A stretch of DNA of 64,000 nt, taken from the NCBI GenBank assembly GCA_028534125.1, contig CM052816.1, positions 2,420,001-2,484,000 of the forward strand. The letters run 5' to 3'. Positions 1-13,915 of this stretch are shown here, one piece after another (within the stretch, counting starts at the first letter, position 1; each line of letters starts with the position of its first letter). Made by a program: the position numbers and the translations under genes. Origin of the DNA: Lama glama (Eukaryota). The notes under the pieces are model-generated. The model saw only the letters and a list, made by a program, of their open reading frames with translations, was not told where the DNA came from and made no database searches.

Positions 1-1682
1 TCTGCCGAGTGGCCCGCAAATGCACAAGAGGACTGCGCTGAACGCACCTGTCTGGCGTAGGGTGGGGTGACCAGCAGGAGCTCACTTAAAAGGGTCCAAA
101 CAGCAAAACGCTGTTGCATCTCAGAAGCCACTCCCACTAGGAGGCCTCACGTCTGGACAGAGAATAGAAGAATTCCAAAGCTGTACGAAATTTAAAAGAA
201 GATGCACACGTGGATACAACTCGTAAATCATGACAATATCCCTGGGTAACTTAATACGTAATACTTGTCCGTCTCTGACGTAAGACAGCAATTTAGGACC
301 AGATGATGACACATGACGCTTCCGAGCTTTTCTGGGAACAATGCAAGCGTTAGAAAATACTCTCTACCTGTGCATAAAGGACAAGGGCTGCTTTCCACGT
401 CCTTCGCACGCTTTGACAAACCTGCAGAGCCTGGACTGCTAAGCCCTGGAAGCGTGTCCGAGATTCGGACCGCTCAGCAAAGACCGCCAGTTGCCCGTAG
501 AATGCCTTTGTGCACATCAGAAAATGACACCTGTTCCTTCGAGATGCTTTCCCTGCAATGCACTAATGCTGCTCTAAGTGGATACTTTACTGCCATGCGC
601 AGAAAAATTCTCATAATAATTTTACCAATCTGTGATGTTGACTGTGTGAGCTGTGCTCCCTTACATATGACATCGTGTGCAGTGTACAACCTGCACAACC
701 GTCTATGGAGGTACTGGACCCAGGGGCAAAATACGGATGGGAAGGTGAGACACAGACCTTGGGAGACCAGCTGTAACGGCGGAGGACACTATACATAATT
801 GGTCTGAGGTCAGAGGAGGGACACCAGCTTGAGAGGATATGGATTACTGATAACTCTACAAGGTCTTTCCCAACGACTACGGCTAGCCTAGAATAGAGTC
901 AGAACTACCCCAGTTCCTCTCCAGGAATACGGTTATTCTGATTTCCTAATTCTGCTAATATTTCAGAGTCTCTTTTGACTTCCATTTTCCATGATTTAAG
1001 CCCGATACTTCTCCCTCAAAGCGATCATCTCCCCTTCTAAGTTATTCATAATATTTGTCATGCATAAGACATGCGTTGGCATGACTGCAGTTGATGACTG
1101 CAATTCATAGTTAACATTCTGGTTCAACCGTTTGCTAACTTTCCAAAATGTCCAGTTCAGAATTCCTGGTCATTTGGCAGAGATTTTGAACTGGAGTCTC
1201 TTCTGTGAGGAAGCCCTTTACATCAGCACTCACTCAGTACCGTTCTTACCCCATGCATCTTATATAACAAATTTGTACATATTGGGGGATTCACAGATGT
1301 CTCCGGACTTACTCCTTTTGAATGTCAAGAGTCTATTCTATATTCAGTTCCGTTGTTAAAAACATACCATCTTATACTGTATAACATTCATTTGTGTGAG
1401 TCTTACCTTCCCTTTGAGGGCAGGAATCATGTCATATATATTTTTTCTTTTTTCCCAATACTTAAAGCATATAAAAATTATTCTCAACATTTACTGAGTT
1501 AAGAATTCACTCTGTTCTACCAAACATACAAAGAAGAACTCATACCAGTCCTTCTCAAACTCTTCCATAAGATTGAAAAGGGGGGAATACTCCCAAACTC
1601 ATTCTATGAAGCCACCATCACCCTGATACCAAAACCAGGCAAAGACACCACCTAAAAAGAGAATGATAGGCCAATATCACTG

Positions 1683-3880
1683 ATGAACATAGATGCAAAA
1701 ATCCTTGCCAAAGTATTAGCAAACAGAATCCAACAGCACATAAAAAAGATTATATGTCATGATCAAGTGGGGTTCATCCCAGGGACAAAAGAGTGGTTCA
1801 ACATACTCAAATCAATCAATGTAATACATCACATCAACAAGAGAAAGGACAAAAACCACATGATCATCTCAATAGATGCAGAAAAAGCATTTGATAAAAT
1901 TCAACACTCATTTATGATAAAAACTCTCACCAAAGTGGGTATAGAAGGAACATATCTCAACATCATAAAAGCTATATATGACAAACCTACAGCCAGCATA
2001 GCACTCAACGGTGAAAAACTCAAAAGCTTCCCACTAAAATCTGGGACAAGACAAGGCTGCCCACTATCACCACTCCTATTCAACATCGTCTTGGAAATCC
2101 TAGCCACAGCAATGAGGTGAGAGAGAGAAATCAAAGGGATCCAAATTGGAAAAGAAGAGATAAAAGTGTCACTATATGCCAACAACATGTTACTACATAT
2201 AGAAAACCCTAAAAGGTCCACACAAAAACTACTAGAGCTGAGCGAAGAATTCAGCAAGGTAGCAGGGTACAAGATTAACATTCAAAAATCAGTTGCATTT
2301 CTTTACACTAACAATGAATCAAGAGAAAAAAAAATTAAAGAAACAATCCCTTTTAAAATAGCACCCAAAGTAATAAAACACCTAGGAATAAATCTAACCA
2401 AGGAAGTAAAAGACTTATACATGGAGAACTATAAAACACTGATTAAGGATATTAAAGAAGACTTAAAAAAATGGAAAGATATCCCATGCTCCTGGATTGG
2501 AAGAATCAAATCAAAGAATCATTTTAACATTGGAAGTGTTAACATGGTCACACTGCCCGAGGCAATCTACAGATTTAATGCAATCCCTGTCAAGTTACCC
2601 AGGACATATTTCACAGAACTAGAACAAATCACAATAAAATTTATATGGAACCACAAAAGACCTAAATTGCCAAAGCATTACTGAAGAAAAAGAAAGAGGC
2701 TGGAGGAATAACTCTCTCACACTTCAGACAATACTATAGAGCTACAGTCATCAAGACAGCATGGTACTGGTACAAAAACAGACATATGGACNNNNNNNNN
2801 NNNNNNNNNNNNNNNNNNNNNNNNNNNNNNNNNNNNNNNNNNNNNNNNNNNNNNNNNNNNNNNNNNNNNNNNNNNNNNNNNNNNNNNNNNNGTTGGGAAA
2901 ACTGGACAGCAGCATGTAAAGCAATGAAGCTAGAACACTCCCTTACACCATACACAAAAATAAACTCAAAATGGATCAAAGACTCAAACATTAGAAAATA
3001 AAGGCAAAACATTATCTCACATACATCTCAAAAATGTTCTCTTAGAACAGTCTACCCAAGCAATAGAAATAAAAGCAAGAATAAACAAATGGGACCTAAT
3101 GAAACTTACAAGCTTCTGCACAGCAAAGGAAACCGTAAGTAAAACAAAATGACAACCTACGGAATAGGAGAACATTTTTGCAAATGATGAAACCGACAAA
3201 GGCTTGATCTCCAGAATATATACGCAGCTCATACAACTTAATAAGAAAAAAACAAACAACCCAATCCAAAAATGGGCAGAAGACCTAAACAAGCAATCCT
3301 CCAAGGAAGAAATACAAATGATCAATAGGCACATGAAAAAATCCTCAATATCATAATTATCAGAGAAATGCAAATCAAAACTACAAGGAGGTATCACCTC
3401 ACACCACTCAGAATGGCCATCATTCAAAAGCCCACAAATGACAAATGCTGGAGAGGCTGTGGAGAAAGGGGAACCCTCCTACACTGCTGGTGGGAATGCA
3501 GTTTGGTGCAGCCACTGTGGAAAATAGTGTGAAGATTCCTCAAAGGACTAGGAATAGACTTAGCATAGGACCCAGGAATCCTACTCCTGGGCATATATCC
3601 AGAAGGAACCCTACTTCGAAAAGACACCTGCACCCCAATGTTCATAGCAGCACTATTTACAATAGCCAAGACATGGAAACAGCCTAAATGTCCATCAACA
3701 GATGACTGGATAAAGAAGAGGTGGTATATTTATACAATGGAATACTATTCAGCCATAAAAACTGACAACATAATGCCATTTGCAGCAGCATGGATGCTCC
3801 TGGAGAATGTCATTCTAAGTGAAGTAAGCCAGAAAGAGAAAGAAAAAGACCATGTGAGATTGCTCATATGTGGAATCTAA
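1683..3880 (+). pseudogene. Degenerate L1 ORF2 (reverse transcriptase to C-terminal domain) split across several frames
   Basis: ORF track pieces 1683-2120, 2166-2684, 2786-3001 and 3638-3880 translate to consecutive ORF2 segments separated by stops/frameshifts. Confidence 0.93.
2792..2891. other. Assembly gap (100 N) inside L1
   Basis: Run of N. Confidence 1.
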
Positions 3881-6039
3881 AAAAAAAAGAAAAGAAAAAA
3901 GAACATAAATATGAAACAGAAACAGACTCACAGACATAGAATACAAATTTGTGGTTGCCAAGGAGGTGGGAGGTGGGAAAGGACAGACTGGGATTTCAAA
4001 ATTTGTAGATACTGACAGGCATATGCAGAGTAGCTAAACAAGATTATACTGTATAGCACAGGGAAATATATACAAGATCTTGTGGTAGCTTAGAGTGAAA
4101 AAAATGTGACAATGAATTTATGTATGTTCATGTATAACTAAAAAATTGTGCTCTACACTGGAATTTGACACAACATTGTAAAATGACTATAACTCAATAA
4201 AAAAAGAAAAATACTCTAACCCTCCTCACCAGAATAGGAGAGACTAGTGAGACTTAAAGTTTCCATATATTCGTGACCATGAGACAATGCCATCACCTCT
4301 TCATATTTTTAAGGGAAGTCCAAGGGAATTTACTGAAATCCAAACAGAGGTAAGTTCCTGGTGAGCAGTTATAAGCCAAGAATCAGGGGACTCAGTTTTT
4401 GCTCCACTGACGTCTTCTGTGACACATCTGGGGGAATCCTGGAGGGGCAAATCATAGCCCTGCCAGGAGGAAGACAGGTCAGAATGTAAGGATGAAACAA
4501 GGGAATGCTGACACTGGGGATATCGCTCCAGAAAGGCCCCTCCCAAGTTGTACTTCATGGGTCATTAGTCTCAGGAGATGGTCAGACCGGCTTCACTTTC
4601 CCGTAAGTGCAGGAAGCACATAGAGTAACCTGTTTGGAGAGTACAGTGTATGTGACCTGATAAAGGCTCCATTTGGTCTCATCTGGCCTTTCCCAAGTAC
4701 ATTTGCTCAAGGAGCCCCAATCCCTTCTTGGCAACACTTACTGGAGAACTGGAGAGTCCAGAACTAGTGCTCCGTGGACTGTGCATCAGGGAATGAAGCT
4801 TTCAAAAAGGGAGGAAAGACAGCCAAAGACAGCTCGCTGCAGACCTTAATCTGTTTAATTACTAATGATGATAAATCAATGTGTTAAACAATATATGCCT
4901 ATATATAATGTTTATATATAGGTGGCTGAGAAGACTTTCAAAACATAGGGTGTAACTTGCAAATAAATAATAAGGCAGCTTGAAGATAAGAGTAACTTAG
5001 GCCTCATGTACAACACCTACACTTCCTTCCACTTGAAGTGATGAGAAGCCAACGTCTTCATAAAAACATACTAGTGAGACATTCAGTAAAGCCTCCAGCT
5101 GGTCCACTGCTTTCCTTTTTTGTAACATAACCAGGATGTCACCAAATGATCCCCAACATTGCTCAGGAGGAAACCTACAAAATTAGGCAAATTACTTGGA
5201 AGGACATTCTAAGGACTTGCCTCGAACCTCAATCTCAGGTGTACAATATACTACATAATCTGTGTTATAAGAAGGTGGATGTTTAACGTGTGGGAGAATT
5301 AACAAGAGATCTGCAGGCCAAGTATGACCGGAATGGTAGAAAAGTTCAAAGCACAAGGTCAGTGGCTCCTTTGGAGTTCTTAAATAATTGTATTGACAGT
5401 GCAACTTCCAAAAAGTATCGGAGCAAGAGATAAAATTTTCAGGGCAACTTCCTTCTACAACAGAAAGTTGTTAATGGGATATTACTTAGAAATCTGCATT
5501 TTCCAGAATCCAGCACAGATTCGCCTGTTCGCCAAGTGAGGAAAAAGGAAAACCTTTGTGAAAGACGAGGAGTGAGGTTAGTCTAGAGACAAGACAAGCA
5601 GAGTAAATCTACTCCACCGAAACACAGATACATAATTATAATTTCTCTCCAGAGAATACCAAAGATTGATGAAACAAACAAAGAAATAACGTGCTTCCTA
5701 ACTTGTGAAATGTGACAGTCAATGGCACATGGCAAAACAAAATGCAAGAAACAATGGTGTACGTTTTCCAATGTTAGTACTAAGCAAGATGTGGAAGGTC
5801 TGTCTCTCCTCTTTAAAAGCAAGTGCTAAAATGAAATATAAATCAACTATACTTCCAAAACAAAATAAAAGTCTCTTTCAAATTCCCTTTATAAGAGAGT
5901 TCTTATTTTTACCATAGGCAGTACTCTGCAGAATGCGGACAGGAAAGCAAGATTGCACAAGTCAACTATTTAGAATTTTTAAGGTTATCTCTTTAGCCAG
6001 CAAACATTCTCCTCCTGAGAACGACTATTCACAGAATCA

Positions 6040-6630
6040 ACATCACTTCCACTCTCAGGCCATGTCACGGGCACAAGGCACACACCTGCCCACTGGGCAC
6101 ACCCCTCTCTTCTCCAGCCACAGGGACTGACTCGAGAATGTGCACGGGACCTCGGATGAGCCAGTGAGAATTACGCACGGGGCACCCGCCAGAGCTGGGG
6201 GGAGAGAGGTGCTCTACTTCCTGGCGGGATTGCTAACCTAGGAAGCTAAACCCCCAGAGCAGCTGGCAGCTTAGTTACTTTTACTACCATTTGGTGAAGT
6301 CTTGCCTGAAAGAAAAGCCAAGGGTAGAGAAAACAGGGCTAAAAACTCTAAAGAGAGAGATTCCTCGTATAACGCGAATGCATGCGTCGGACCATGATGA
6401 ATTTTTCGTCTGCATGCATTAATAAACCTCTTTTTAAGATTACCTAGCTTGAAGTTTTCCTTTTTCTCTTCTTTTCTTTTCTTTTCTTTTCCATTCCCTC
6501 CCTTCTTCCTTTCCTTCCCCTCCCCCTCCTCCCCCCTCCCTTCCCTCCTCCTCCTCCCCCCTCCCTTCCCTCCTCCTCCTCCCCCCTCCCTTCCCTCCTC
6601 CTCCTTTTTCATTAGCAACCTAACAATAAG
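6040..6630 (+). mobile_element. Old MaLR (MLT1J/K-like) LTR remnant with a pyrimidine expansion in its 3' end
   Basis: Resembles MLT1J-type text (gcagctggcagc..cttgcctgaaagaaaagccaag..aataaacctcttttt..gcaacc). Divergent; family assigned from memory. Confidence 0.5.
6455..6610. repeat. Polypyrimidine tract with 3 perfect 25-bp units (cccccctcccttccctcctcctcct) at 6531-6605
   Basis: Read directly from the sequence. Confidence 0.95.
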
Positions 6631-7259
6631 GAAGCTGAGTCTAGACCTGTGGTTACACTGACTGGAACAAAGAGCTGGTGACTGTGATTCATGAGCGACA
6701 AATAGGAAAGCTATGCATAGAATAATCACCATCACTTTGAGGGCTGTGCTCAAAGGTACTCCTGAGTCTGATGAATACCTGATGGTCAATAAAGTCATTA
6801 CACTATGTGGTAATTAGCTATGGATTCTATGTAATTTGTATACTTTGTTGTAAGTGCTTCGTATACATTATAAAGAACCTGGCATGCGGCTGGCATTCCA
6901 TTTGTGAAGGAAATAAACAACAGGACTTCCTATATTTGCTCTGGCATGTTCAAATTTATCTATACTTTGCCAAAAGTTTATTATTTCTCCTGCAGGAAGG
7001 CAGAGATCACCTGAAACATAGTTTGACGTATATATTAGAAAGCAAAGAGTTAATATCCTAAACAGATAAAAGACAAAAGGAACTAAGGGTCTCGTAATCC
7101 ACTTGGAATGCTGAGAAGCAAAATTTTGTTTTCTGTATGTTAAATAAAATATCAAATCTTCAGAAAGAATTACTTCTTTGAATGTTAGGGTTTGCTAAGA
7201 TCTTATCTTAAAATTTCTCTTCCTCAGTCCTTGGGGGGGAAAAAAACTGCTTTCTATAA

Positions 7260-8230
7260 TATGCCAGCCCTAGAAAGGATTATTCAGTAAATGAAGAGAA
7301 ATGGTTATTTATTAGAAAACAAAAAGTCATGTTCTTGTCTTACTCCATATGCTAAGGTAAACACTAGACAGATGAAGAAATTAAATGTAAGATAAAACAA
7401 TAATTAAGATAACATTAAATAAATAAATAAGTGATGGATAGGAAAATCATGACAGATTTGGCTCATACCCCCAAAATGGTATGAAGGAACCAACAAGCAA
7501 ATGACAAACTGGGGAATGATATTTGGAACATAAAGTGGACCAAGAATTGCTCTCCTAAACACGTAGAAAGTATATGAACATGCAAGTCACAAAAGAACTA
7601 TAAATGGCTAAGGCACATATGCAAACAATGTTCAACTCTTCCAGTAATAAAAATTACAAAAATAAATCAAGATATAATTTATTTGGCCCAGTAAAATGGA
7701 AAATATGAACACGAATCATAACCCTCAGTCTTGGCAAGGGACTGGGTCCTTCCATAAAATTTGATTGGAGTACAATTTCGGTGTTGTTTTGGAGAATGAT
7801 TTTAAAACTTGTCCTAAAGGCTTTAAAAAAAATTCAAAATTGCATTCCTCTTCACCAGCAATTCTACTCTTATGTTAAAAAAAATAATAAAGATGAGTAC
7901 GATGTTTCCTATTTTAACAATTCACAGCAAAGGTCAAGCTAGAAGCAACCACTGTGCCCAATGACAGGGGAATGGTTAAGTAAGACTGAATACGTTCCAG
8001 CAAATATATCATATACTGACATGGGAAGACGGTTGTAGCATGCTGTTAGGGGAAGAAAATCAGATTATAAAGTAGGGAATATAGTAGAATCCAATTTCTG
8101 TGAGAAAAAATAAACAGGTACTCAAATATAAGCATAATCTGAAATATTAGCTGCAATCATTTGGGGTTAATGGGTTAGTGGGACTATGGGTATTCATTCC
8201 TTTGCCTTTTTCTTTGTATTCAGGTCTTTG
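7260..8230 (+). mobile_element. Ancient L1M (L1ME-like) fragment
   Basis: Degenerate ORF2-end/3' UTR motifs (caccagcaattctactctt, gaagcaacc..tgcccaatgacaggggaatggttaagtaa). Confidence 0.6.
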
Positions 8231-8239
8231 AATGGAGTA

Positions 8240-8850
8240 TGTGTGCATAACATATGTACAGAAAAGCACACACACCATGTATGTATAACTTGATGCATTT
8301 TCCAGAGTTACACAAATGAATATGTCAAGAAATAGAATATTTGATACCTCCAGAATTCCTCTTTTCCCCTTTTCTAGCCACTGATAATTCTCCCAATTGT
8401 ATTCTTACGACTCCTAGAAGCATAGAGTGGTTTTGCTTGTTTTGAATTTTGTGTACATGACATCATACAGTACAGAGTCTTTTGTGTCTAGCTTCTCTCC
8501 TGCAACATCACGTTCAGAAGACACATCCAACTTACTGCATCTGGCTATAGTCTGCTCATCCTCATTGTTGTAGACGATTCCGTTGTGTGAGCACACCACG
8601 ATTTATTTATGCATCCTACTTTTGATAGGGATTTGTATGGCCCTCAGGTTGGGATGACTACTGACAAGGCTGCTATGAAGATTCAAGATCGTGCCTGTGT
8701 GCAAAAAGTGTATATTTGTTGGATTTACACTTAGGAACAGAATTGCCGTGTCATCAGCATGGTACAATCAGCTTTAATATATACCTCCAAATAGTCTTCT
8801 GAAGAGGTTGTACCAATTCACTGTCCCACCACCAGCGTTTGAGACACAAG
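8240..8850 (-). mobile_element. Ancient L1M 3' fragment, reverse orientation
   Basis: Reverse-complement L1 3' motifs (gtacagagtcttttgtgtctagcttctctc, gctgctatgaagattc, ttgtaccaattcactgtcccaccaccagc). Confidence 0.7.
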
Positions 8851-8999
8851 CCCTGTTGTTTACTGTCATCCAGTCTGCAGGCAGTTGTGATGTTCATCAA
8901 TTGACTCTATTTCTTTTATACAAATGCCCTCTTGGAAAAGATGTTTTTACACGGCAAGCACCCGGTCAGGTTAAAAACAGACAACCTCCCTAGTCAGGT

Positions 9000-9380
9000 C
9001 TTCAAGGAACCACCGTATAGATCAAAGAATGAGAATGAGGTTTGAAGGAGCCCCAACACCATACTGCCCCCCCCGTTCAGTTTCTGCCTGGCTGTGGCTT
9101 TTCACCGTTCCAGTGGGCTGTGAGTTTTCAAGGTGGATGGGAGTGGAAAGGAACTAGGGCTACCTAAAATGCCACAAAGCCTCTATTCTTACTGAGATGC
9201 AATTATGTTTCCTTAATAAATGCTCCCTGGGTAGTTGTAAGCCTTCAGTTAATTTCCAGAGTTCTAAAAAAAAAAAAATTGATTCTGACATCTTTTGCCT
9301 GTTTCCTCATTACTTTTGTGGGGGAGATAATTTTTAGAAGCCTAAGATCTATTTATTACTCCGCTTTTGCTGATGTCACT
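9000..9380 (-). mobile_element. Old L1M 5'-end fragment
   Basis: aaatgccacaaagc..aataaatgctccc..ttaatttccagagttct..gctgatgtcact resembles reversed L1M 5' ends. Confidence 0.5.
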
Positions 9381-11116
9381 CAATATGCCTTTTGAGAATT
9401 TAATTCTCACCCCAATCCAATGAGACAGATATAATGGTCGGGCCATTTTACAGGTTATGAAACTAAGACTGAAGGAGATTAGGTAATATCCTCAGGGGCG
9501 CAGTTAGTAAGTGGTGCTGGGGCTCAGATTTTGCTTTATGGAGCCTCCCTGCTGGAATCTCAGCACCACATTTACTACAGAAACGGGAAGGTGGTGGCAA
9601 ACAGATGCCTCCAACCTTGACCCTCTTCCTCACGGACCCACCATTTCAGGAAGGGCAGTGGCTTTTGGAGAGCCCCCAGCATCACTTCGCTTAGCCTAGG
9701 CATCCAAAGATTCTGCGTACAGAAATAACACGCTCTGCGGGCCTGGAAAATTGGCGTTATGTAAGAGGCAATATGCTAGAACATAATACCTTACAGCACA
9801 CTGAGAAAAATGCCAGACAGGCCTGAACCATCATGTCCCTCCTGGGGGAGCTCCCTTCAGGCGCAGGAAGGGCCCCTCACTGTGCGGGCTGGGTTCCGTG
9901 AGACAAGCTTTCTAGCTTACACGGCTGTCAGAGTAGAGTTAGTGCCACTCGTCCCCTCCCAGCTCCACGACTAGACAGCCAGGACGACACCAGCCTGAGG
10001 GAGAAGGGTCTTTTCTGCATGTTCAACCCTCAGAGGGACTGTTCTGTTACCTCTGTGGAACCTGTGGAAACATGGAACTCCCTTTTGCAAGGAAGGGATG
10101 GAAATAGGACTCAAGAGGTCCCAGAGTCACTCATATGAAAACAATAACACATTCTGTGACTTGGAGGTCTGGAGGTTTATGTTGGCACCAACTGGAATGC
10201 TAATGTGCAAAGAATCTGGTCTCTCCTCTCAAACACTAACAAACACCAGTCATTTCCTACTCATGGGTTTCAACCTAACAAGCATTTTGTTGAGCCCAAA
10301 AGAATATTTCATTTTAGAGTATTTAGATTATGCTGATTACTCACTTATGAGCCATAAGTTGGTCAATGAAGAACAGATTGCTTCAACGTGGTATCTCCCG
10401 CCCACTCACCACCACCACCACCACCCAGAATTAATACTCATAAACAGAACAAGACATCACAGGAAAAGGGACCTAGAGCTTTCTTAAGTGCTGGATGAAC
10501 CCCTCTGAGCATATGCTCAAAGCTGTGGGCATCTTCTCCTGTGAAACGGCCCAACTTCCAGGACGACACATTCATCTCAGGGCTCACGGGCCCTGCAAAA
10601 GCTCATCCATCACTGGGAGGCCCCGTTCTGCGATGGGTCTTTGTCCAGGGCCAGTAAGTCCTTAGTCACGTGGGTTTTCAAGTGCATCTCGTAGCACTAC
10701 TCTGAACTCTTCACCTACCAAGTAAGAAATCTGCTCCGACTACGGAATTTGGCATGTAGGATGAACGTGGATCACCGTTTCTGGAGGACTGCCATCAACT
10801 GTGTGAGCGGAATCTGACGGAGAGTATGAAGTGTCATGGGACCAACCGAGGCCCCAGCGACATTGTGGGATGACGCTGATTCCTTAGTGACGTGTGTGAT
10901 TGCTATCTCTCAAAGAGGGTTTTAAACTAGATAGCTCTTCATTTCCTATTAGCATGTAGGTAGTAAGAAGCAGGAAAACAGAAAATAAGCAACTTTGAGG
11001 TCATTTGAAGTATCAGTAAGTAAAGTTAAGTTGTTACTAGGTGACTGTGTTAGTTACCACTTTTCTGCACTGCCGAACGTGGAAACGTGACTCCTCACAA
11101 GCACCGCGACCTTCTT

Positions 11117-12060
11117 TTCATTGAACTATCTTCAGTTCAGAAGACACTGCTGAGTACCAGGGAAGGGACAGGCCACGTGACGGGCACGGGGATCAGGAAG
11201 GATGGGGATCTTGAGGAGCCTGCTGTCTCATGGGGAGCACAGACGCGCAGAAGACGGCTTCACTTGCACACCGGGGTTGGTCTGGGAAACACTGGTGCAC
11301 AAGAGGACTCGGGGGCAGAAAGATACTTGGTCCATCTAGACAGAGACAGTGAGGAAGCTGGTATCAGAGGAGTCAGGGGAAGCTGACTTGAAAGAACAGA
11401 GGGCAAGGCGCTCCAAGGGAAAAGGACAGGACTCTGAAAGACACGAAGCAGCGGGTGCACAGGGGTCACGGTGAGTCATAAACTTTGACTCGAATGTGCT
11501 GTGTAGCTGGGGACATGGGAAGAATGGGACTGCCCAGGTAGGCAGGATGGCTGGTCTCATTTACCTTTATAGGAATAAGCCTCCGTCCAAGAAACCCCGG
11601 GAAGTTGTGTGAACAGAGCAGTGACGTGGTCAGGCTGTGTTTTAGGCGGTAGAGTCCAGTTGTGACAGGGAGGACAGATCTAGGGACAGAAATAAAAAGA
11701 CTAGGAGGGAGGCTGATATCCCCGTCAGGGTGTGAGGCGGTGAACGCCTGCCCTGGGGAAATGATGCTGAGGGCAGAGAGGAAAGGACTGGCTCCAGGAA
11801 AACGTCAAAGAACTGCTGAGACTGGTGATTGACTAGATGCTGGAGTGAGGAAGAGGGTGAAGGATGGACAGTGTGGCGCCATGAGCTAAGAGATTACACG
11901 GGACGAGGAACTCTGATGTCGGAGAAGCAGCCACACTGCCTTCTAGGTGCCGGGGGAGACACCTTGTATGCATCTGAGGGTGAAGCTGAGGATGGCGGTT
12001 ACACTGCGGGAGTGAGCGATCACCCAGTGGAAATATGCAGAAAATTAGAGTCTTTGATAT
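11117..12060 (-). mobile_element. L2 LINE fragment
   Basis: Degenerate reversed L2 3' region (ttcattgaac..ctgagtacc..gaggagcctgctgtctcatgggg..gagcagtgacgtggtcagg). Confidence 0.55.
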
Positions 12061-13699
12061 TTTGGAGAACTTCCAGGAAGTTACCAAGAAAAAGATGGCC
12101 TTGCTCACTACAAAAGTGCCCCTGGGCACACAGACACACATGGTTTTACTATCACTTCAGGGGGTCACTGAGTTCAAATTCAAATCTATCAGGAGAGAGA
12201 GGAGCGTTCTACGGTGGGAGGTGAGGAGTGTTGGATTCAGGTGTCTGGCTCACGTGTCAAGCAAGCATCATCTCCTCCTGATGGCCCCGAGCTCAGAATA
12301 GGGGGAAAGAAACAAGGCAGGCACAGTGGTGGCCGGTACTCGCTCCGTGATGGGGCCGACAGCATCTCTGGAGCATCAAGAATCACCAACCTGGAAAAAC
12401 TGCCTCTCCTCTCCTCTCCCTCAAGAGTCTCATTTTTCTGCCTCCCTCCTCACACCTCTGCCTCTCTCACTTTAGCCCTCACAGACGTGCGATTTCAAAC
12501 TCACCCTCCAAATATGTGTGTGTGAGGGGATCAGAAGGCGTCAGAGTTCTTGCCCAACATATGACTGTACATGTAAGTTTTCCCAGGAATTTTTATGCCC
12601 AATATTTCGACTGCTTCTATTATACGCCCATACATTTTAGGTCTTGCAATTTATGGGAGGATCTGAGTCAGGGAAGAGGTAATGGATGTGCCTAAGATCA
12701 CAAAATAATTCAAAGAGGGAGATCTAGTCACTGGCAGGCCCATTTTCTAGCAAAAAACCCATATTATTTTAATTCAAAGACCAATGGAAACATGTCAAAA
12801 GAGAACCAAAAGTGAAGTATAATTTTCTTATTCTTTATAAAATTTTCTTTCAGTAACAAACAACCACAACATTCATATAACAATTTGTGGCTTCCAGATG
12901 AAAAAGAAAAAGGACTGGGAAATAAACGATCCTTTGAATTTAATGTTAACCAAGCGTGTCTTTTATTTATTTTGTTATTTTTGCTGGCTTCTCTATGGTT
13001 TACTTTAAGAAGGCACAGGTGTTTGAAATTTATATTAACGTCCCTAAAAAAATTCCATAAGGTTAGGGGAGAGACTGAATTTACTGAACATCTACTATAC
13101 CCAAAGGAGAGTTCTAGGTCTATATGCTTCAATCTGGTATTTACAAACTTTTAAATGTCATTGCCCACATTTCTTAAGATGGTAAAAGAGGAGATCAGTA
13201 AGATCTCACCCATGGTCACAGGGATTACATGCCATAGTGAGAACCTGTATCTGTCCAGTTTCAAAACAATTGTTTTGCCCTCTGCACCATCCTGTCCACT
13301 TTGCACATGAGAGGGAGTTCAGGAAGGTGCAGCGCTGACCGTCACCAAGTGAGGGTAAATGTTAGCATGGTCCCTGAGTGTGTCGTAGAAAGTGAATGCA
13401 GCCCCCTCCCACTACACCACAGGCATATTTCTCTCCTCTTTTCCTTTCCCTCCTTACACTTCTGCTCCCTCACTCCATTTTATTTTTCTCTCCATTTCGC
13501 TTCTTGCATCTTCTAAAAGAACTTAGAGCTACAGACTCCATCCTTCACAGACTGGGTCGTATTCTTTAGATCCAGATCTCTGTAACTTTCATGGTATTGA
13601 GGGAACTGAGCGTAACAGTCCAGGGTGTGGGTTGTGGAGACAGATTTCTTTGCTTTAAATGCTATCTCTGACGCTTACTAGCTCTGTGGCCCCAGGCCA

Positions 13700-13915
13700 A
13701 GCCCATAGTCTCTGCTTGCTCTTCCTGTCTCTCCGTCTCTACCTCTGTCTCACTCTCCACCACGTGGGGACACAGCGAGAAGGCAGTCATCTGGAAGAAA
13801 GGAAGAGAGCCCTCACCAGAACCCGACTATGCTGACATCCTTATCTCAGACTTCCAGACTCCAGATCTGTGGGATCATACATTTATGGGTTTTTATGGCA
13901 TCCTGCGATAAGACA
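13700..13915 (+). mobile_element. MaLR LTR 3' part (MLT1A/MST-like)
   Basis: gacacagcgagaaggcagtcatctg..gagagccctcaccagaacccgactatgctg..tctcagacttccagactccaga..taagaca. Confidence 0.75.

Larger units (their letters stand above)
1514..4210 (+). mobile_element. LINE-1, 5'-truncated, relatively young (camelid-type 3' UTR), ORF2 disrupted
   Basis: ORF fragments carry L1 ORF2 RT motifs ([46 protein letters not shown], degenerate LYANNM for (F/Y)ADD) and the C-terminal MEYYSAIK..LSEVSQKEK. They are followed by a 3' UTR ending ctcaataaaaaaagaaaa. Stops, frameshifts and an N gap lie inside. Confidence 0.97.

Noticed and set aside
313..798. 161-aa plus-strand ORF
   Set aside because: No recognisable domain or splice context; consistent with a chance ORF.
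1683..3880. Reverse transcriptase ORFs as a novel retro-element system
   Set aside because: Ordinary disrupted LINE-1 ORF2. The antisense ORFs (1901-2281, 3017-3427) are the usual L1 shadow frames.
6271..6798. 175-aa and 70-aa low-complexity ORFs
   Set aside because: Products of the pyrimidine/purine simple repeat.
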